DNA of 64,000 nucleotides from Mustelus asterias (Eukaryota), in the NCBI RefSeq assembly GCF_964213995.1, contig NC_135815.1, forward strand, positions 2,356,001 through 2,420,000, read 5' to 3'. How positions within the stretch are numbered: the stretch's first letter is position 1; every line of letters starts with the position of its first letter. This document shows positions 61,801-64,000 of the stretch, piece after piece. The notes under the pieces were generated by a model that saw only the letters and a program-made list of their open reading frames with translations, was not told the DNA's origin and made no database searches. Both the position numbers and the translations under genes were made by a program.

Positions 61801-64000
61801 AAGATAAAATTAATTGAGGTAGGTCCATGCAAAACCACTCCCACCTGATCCCCTTCCTAACAGCACTGTGGGTTTCCCTACCCTAGAAGGATTGCATCGG
61901 TTCAAGAATGCAATGCAACCAGCCACCATCTTCTGAAGGGCAATTAGAAATGGGAAATAAAATTGGCCGAGACATCAATATTTACATTAATTTTATTCTA
62001 TTATTGTTTTCGATATTTCTCAGATATGTGACGATACTGTGCCTTTTAAAAATGTATTTTAATCATGTTTCTGATCACCCTATTATAGAAAGGATATTAT
62101 TAAACTAGAAAGAGTTCAGAAAAGGTTTATGAGGATGCTACCGGGACCTGATGGTTTGAGTTATAAGGAGAGGCTGGATAGACTGGGACTTTTTTCTCTG
62201 GAACATGGAAGGCTGAGGGATGATCTTTAGAGACTTATAAAGTAATGAGGGGCATAGATCAGCTAGATAGTCAATATCTTTTCCCAAAGGTAGGGGAGTC
62301 TAAAACTGGAGGGCATAGGTTTAAGATGAGAAGGGAGAGATACAAAAGGGTCCAGAGGGACAATTTTTTCACACAGAGGGTGGTGCCAGAGCTAGTAGTA
62401 GAGGCGGGTACAATTTTGTCTTTTGAAAAGCGTTTAGACAGTTACAGGATAAGATGGGTACAGAGGGATATGGGCCAAATGCAGGCAATTGGGACAAACT
62501 TAAAGGTTTAAAAAAGGGCCAGCATGGACAAGTTGGGCCGAAGGGCCTGTTTCCATGCTGTAAACCTCAATGACTCGATGACTCTATGACCTGTTTTTTA
62601 TGTCATGGGCCTGAGCTGTCTGATCCGATGCCCTTTCATTGTTGCTAGAATGATACAATAGGTTTTTTGTTTACCTTTAATTTGGGCCTAATGCAATGTC
62701 CTGGGGTGTTATGAGTTTTACAACCCTTTTGAATTGTTGGAGGAAGACTGTTTGAAAAGGTCAGGTGCTTCTGGACATTTTTATTTCACAGGGAAATCCA
62801 GACTCTTCACTGTCAGTTTTAGTTAGAAGCTGTTAGGACTACAGACTGCAAGCATTATTTCTCTGTCTGTCCCTGGGATGGGAAATTTAGCTCTTGGGGG
62901 TGGCTAGCTAGTAACGAGAGGCAAGGGTTGCCTCTGTTTCCTGAAGTGGTTTGCTGCCTAAATGCTGGCGGCCAGCAGTGGCTGTCTCTCTACCTCGAGG
63001 TCTGCTGGGAGCTCCAGGACAGCGAAGTCAGAGTTTCAATTCTCCATCCAAAGGACTAAGTCACAGCAGGTGTTGTAAAGCTGCAAGACCCAGCATCATG
63101 TGAGCATACTTAATTTCTGTGTTAAACCGAAACTGGGGTGCATGTTGGTAAGAATATTGGCTGGAATTCTCACCGGTGGGATTCTCCGGTCCTGCCGGCA
63201 GCACACACCCGCCCGTGTGTGGCGTGATGACAGAGGGAATTCCCATTGACAGCGGGGGTTCCAGAGAATCCCGCTGCTAGCAAACAACATGCCTCCTCCT
63301 GCCACCGGGAAACACTTGGCTGGGAGGCTGGAGAATCTCACCGATTGTGTTGGAAAAGTTTTTGAAGCTGTTAAGATTTATTCGAGATCATGGTTGTATT
63401 TTTTCCTGTTTGTAATTGGTCAAAGTTATTGCTAATTGTTTCATTATTTGTTGACTGTATTCTGAAATAAACATTGTTTGATAAAAGCTCCCCAGTGGGT
63501 CATTCGAATCATCTTATGCTCACCCTCACGGCAAAATTAAATCTAAAGCCTAAGGTCTAAGCTGACTCCATAAAACACCTTGGAGTTTCTGACCTGGATT
63601 ATAACACGGATCATTCTTTTATTTTGGTTTCCTGGCCTGTGTGCCAGCTTCTTCCTTTGACTTTATATTCTGTCTCACCTCATACAGCTGCTTAACTTTG
63701 CAAGTGGATATTTTTATTCTCGATGAATATCTATTGCATTGTATTGTGCTGAACATTAATTTCAATACTTCTCAATGTTCTTCTGTAGGTTTATGAATCA
63801 ATAGCTTCGCTCAGCTTCCCAGTTTAACATGTTGACTTCATGCCTCTTTCCTGCAAAGGCAGCCTTACCTCAGTTTCAAAGCTTTGTGTATGAGTGATCC
63901 TTCTCTGTCTCAAACCTAATATCAACTCTCCCATGTTATGATCACGGTTTGCTAAATGTCCCCTTCCAGTCAGATTATCAATTAAACCTGTCTGATTATT
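58802..64000 (+). repeat. Right arm of large inverted duplication (runs off the window)
   Basis: Reverse complement of 28038-33237. Confidence 0.95.
58982..59033 (+). CDS. Signal-peptide (leader) exon MISDTLFAVTLSLCVSG, phase 1 (inverted duplicate)
   Basis: Identical coding sequence to 33006-33057; GTAAGT donor. Confidence 0.75.

Overview
Repeat-dense (mostly TE-derived) vertebrate genomic DNA. The HE1-type V-SINEs, CR1 LINEs with (TTCTATG)n tails and Penelope elements point to a shark (cartilaginous fish). Main contents: a 17-bp satellite holding an apparently intact full-length CR1 (ORF1 esterase + ORF2 APE/RT); a near-complete but defective ~8.3-kb endogenous retrovirus (tRNA-Ser PBS, gag-UGA-pro-pol, env); many CR1/Rex-Babar/SINE/solo-LTR/Penelope pieces, several with hammerhead-ribozyme cores; a >=5.2-kb inverted duplication and a nested tandem duplication. 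Hidden among these are host immune-gene pieces: a 330-bp germline-joined V-J immunoglobulin-type exon with no RSS (10454-10783, minus) and three paralogous 52-nt signal-peptide exons with related promoters (33006-33057 minus, 56036-56087 minus with a dead donor, 58982-59033 plus). Together they suggest a duplicating cluster of non-rearranging antigen-receptor-like genes. The V exon appears to use a splice acceptor donated by a Penelope repeat whose hammerhead core is mutated. All calls were made by eye, without database searches.
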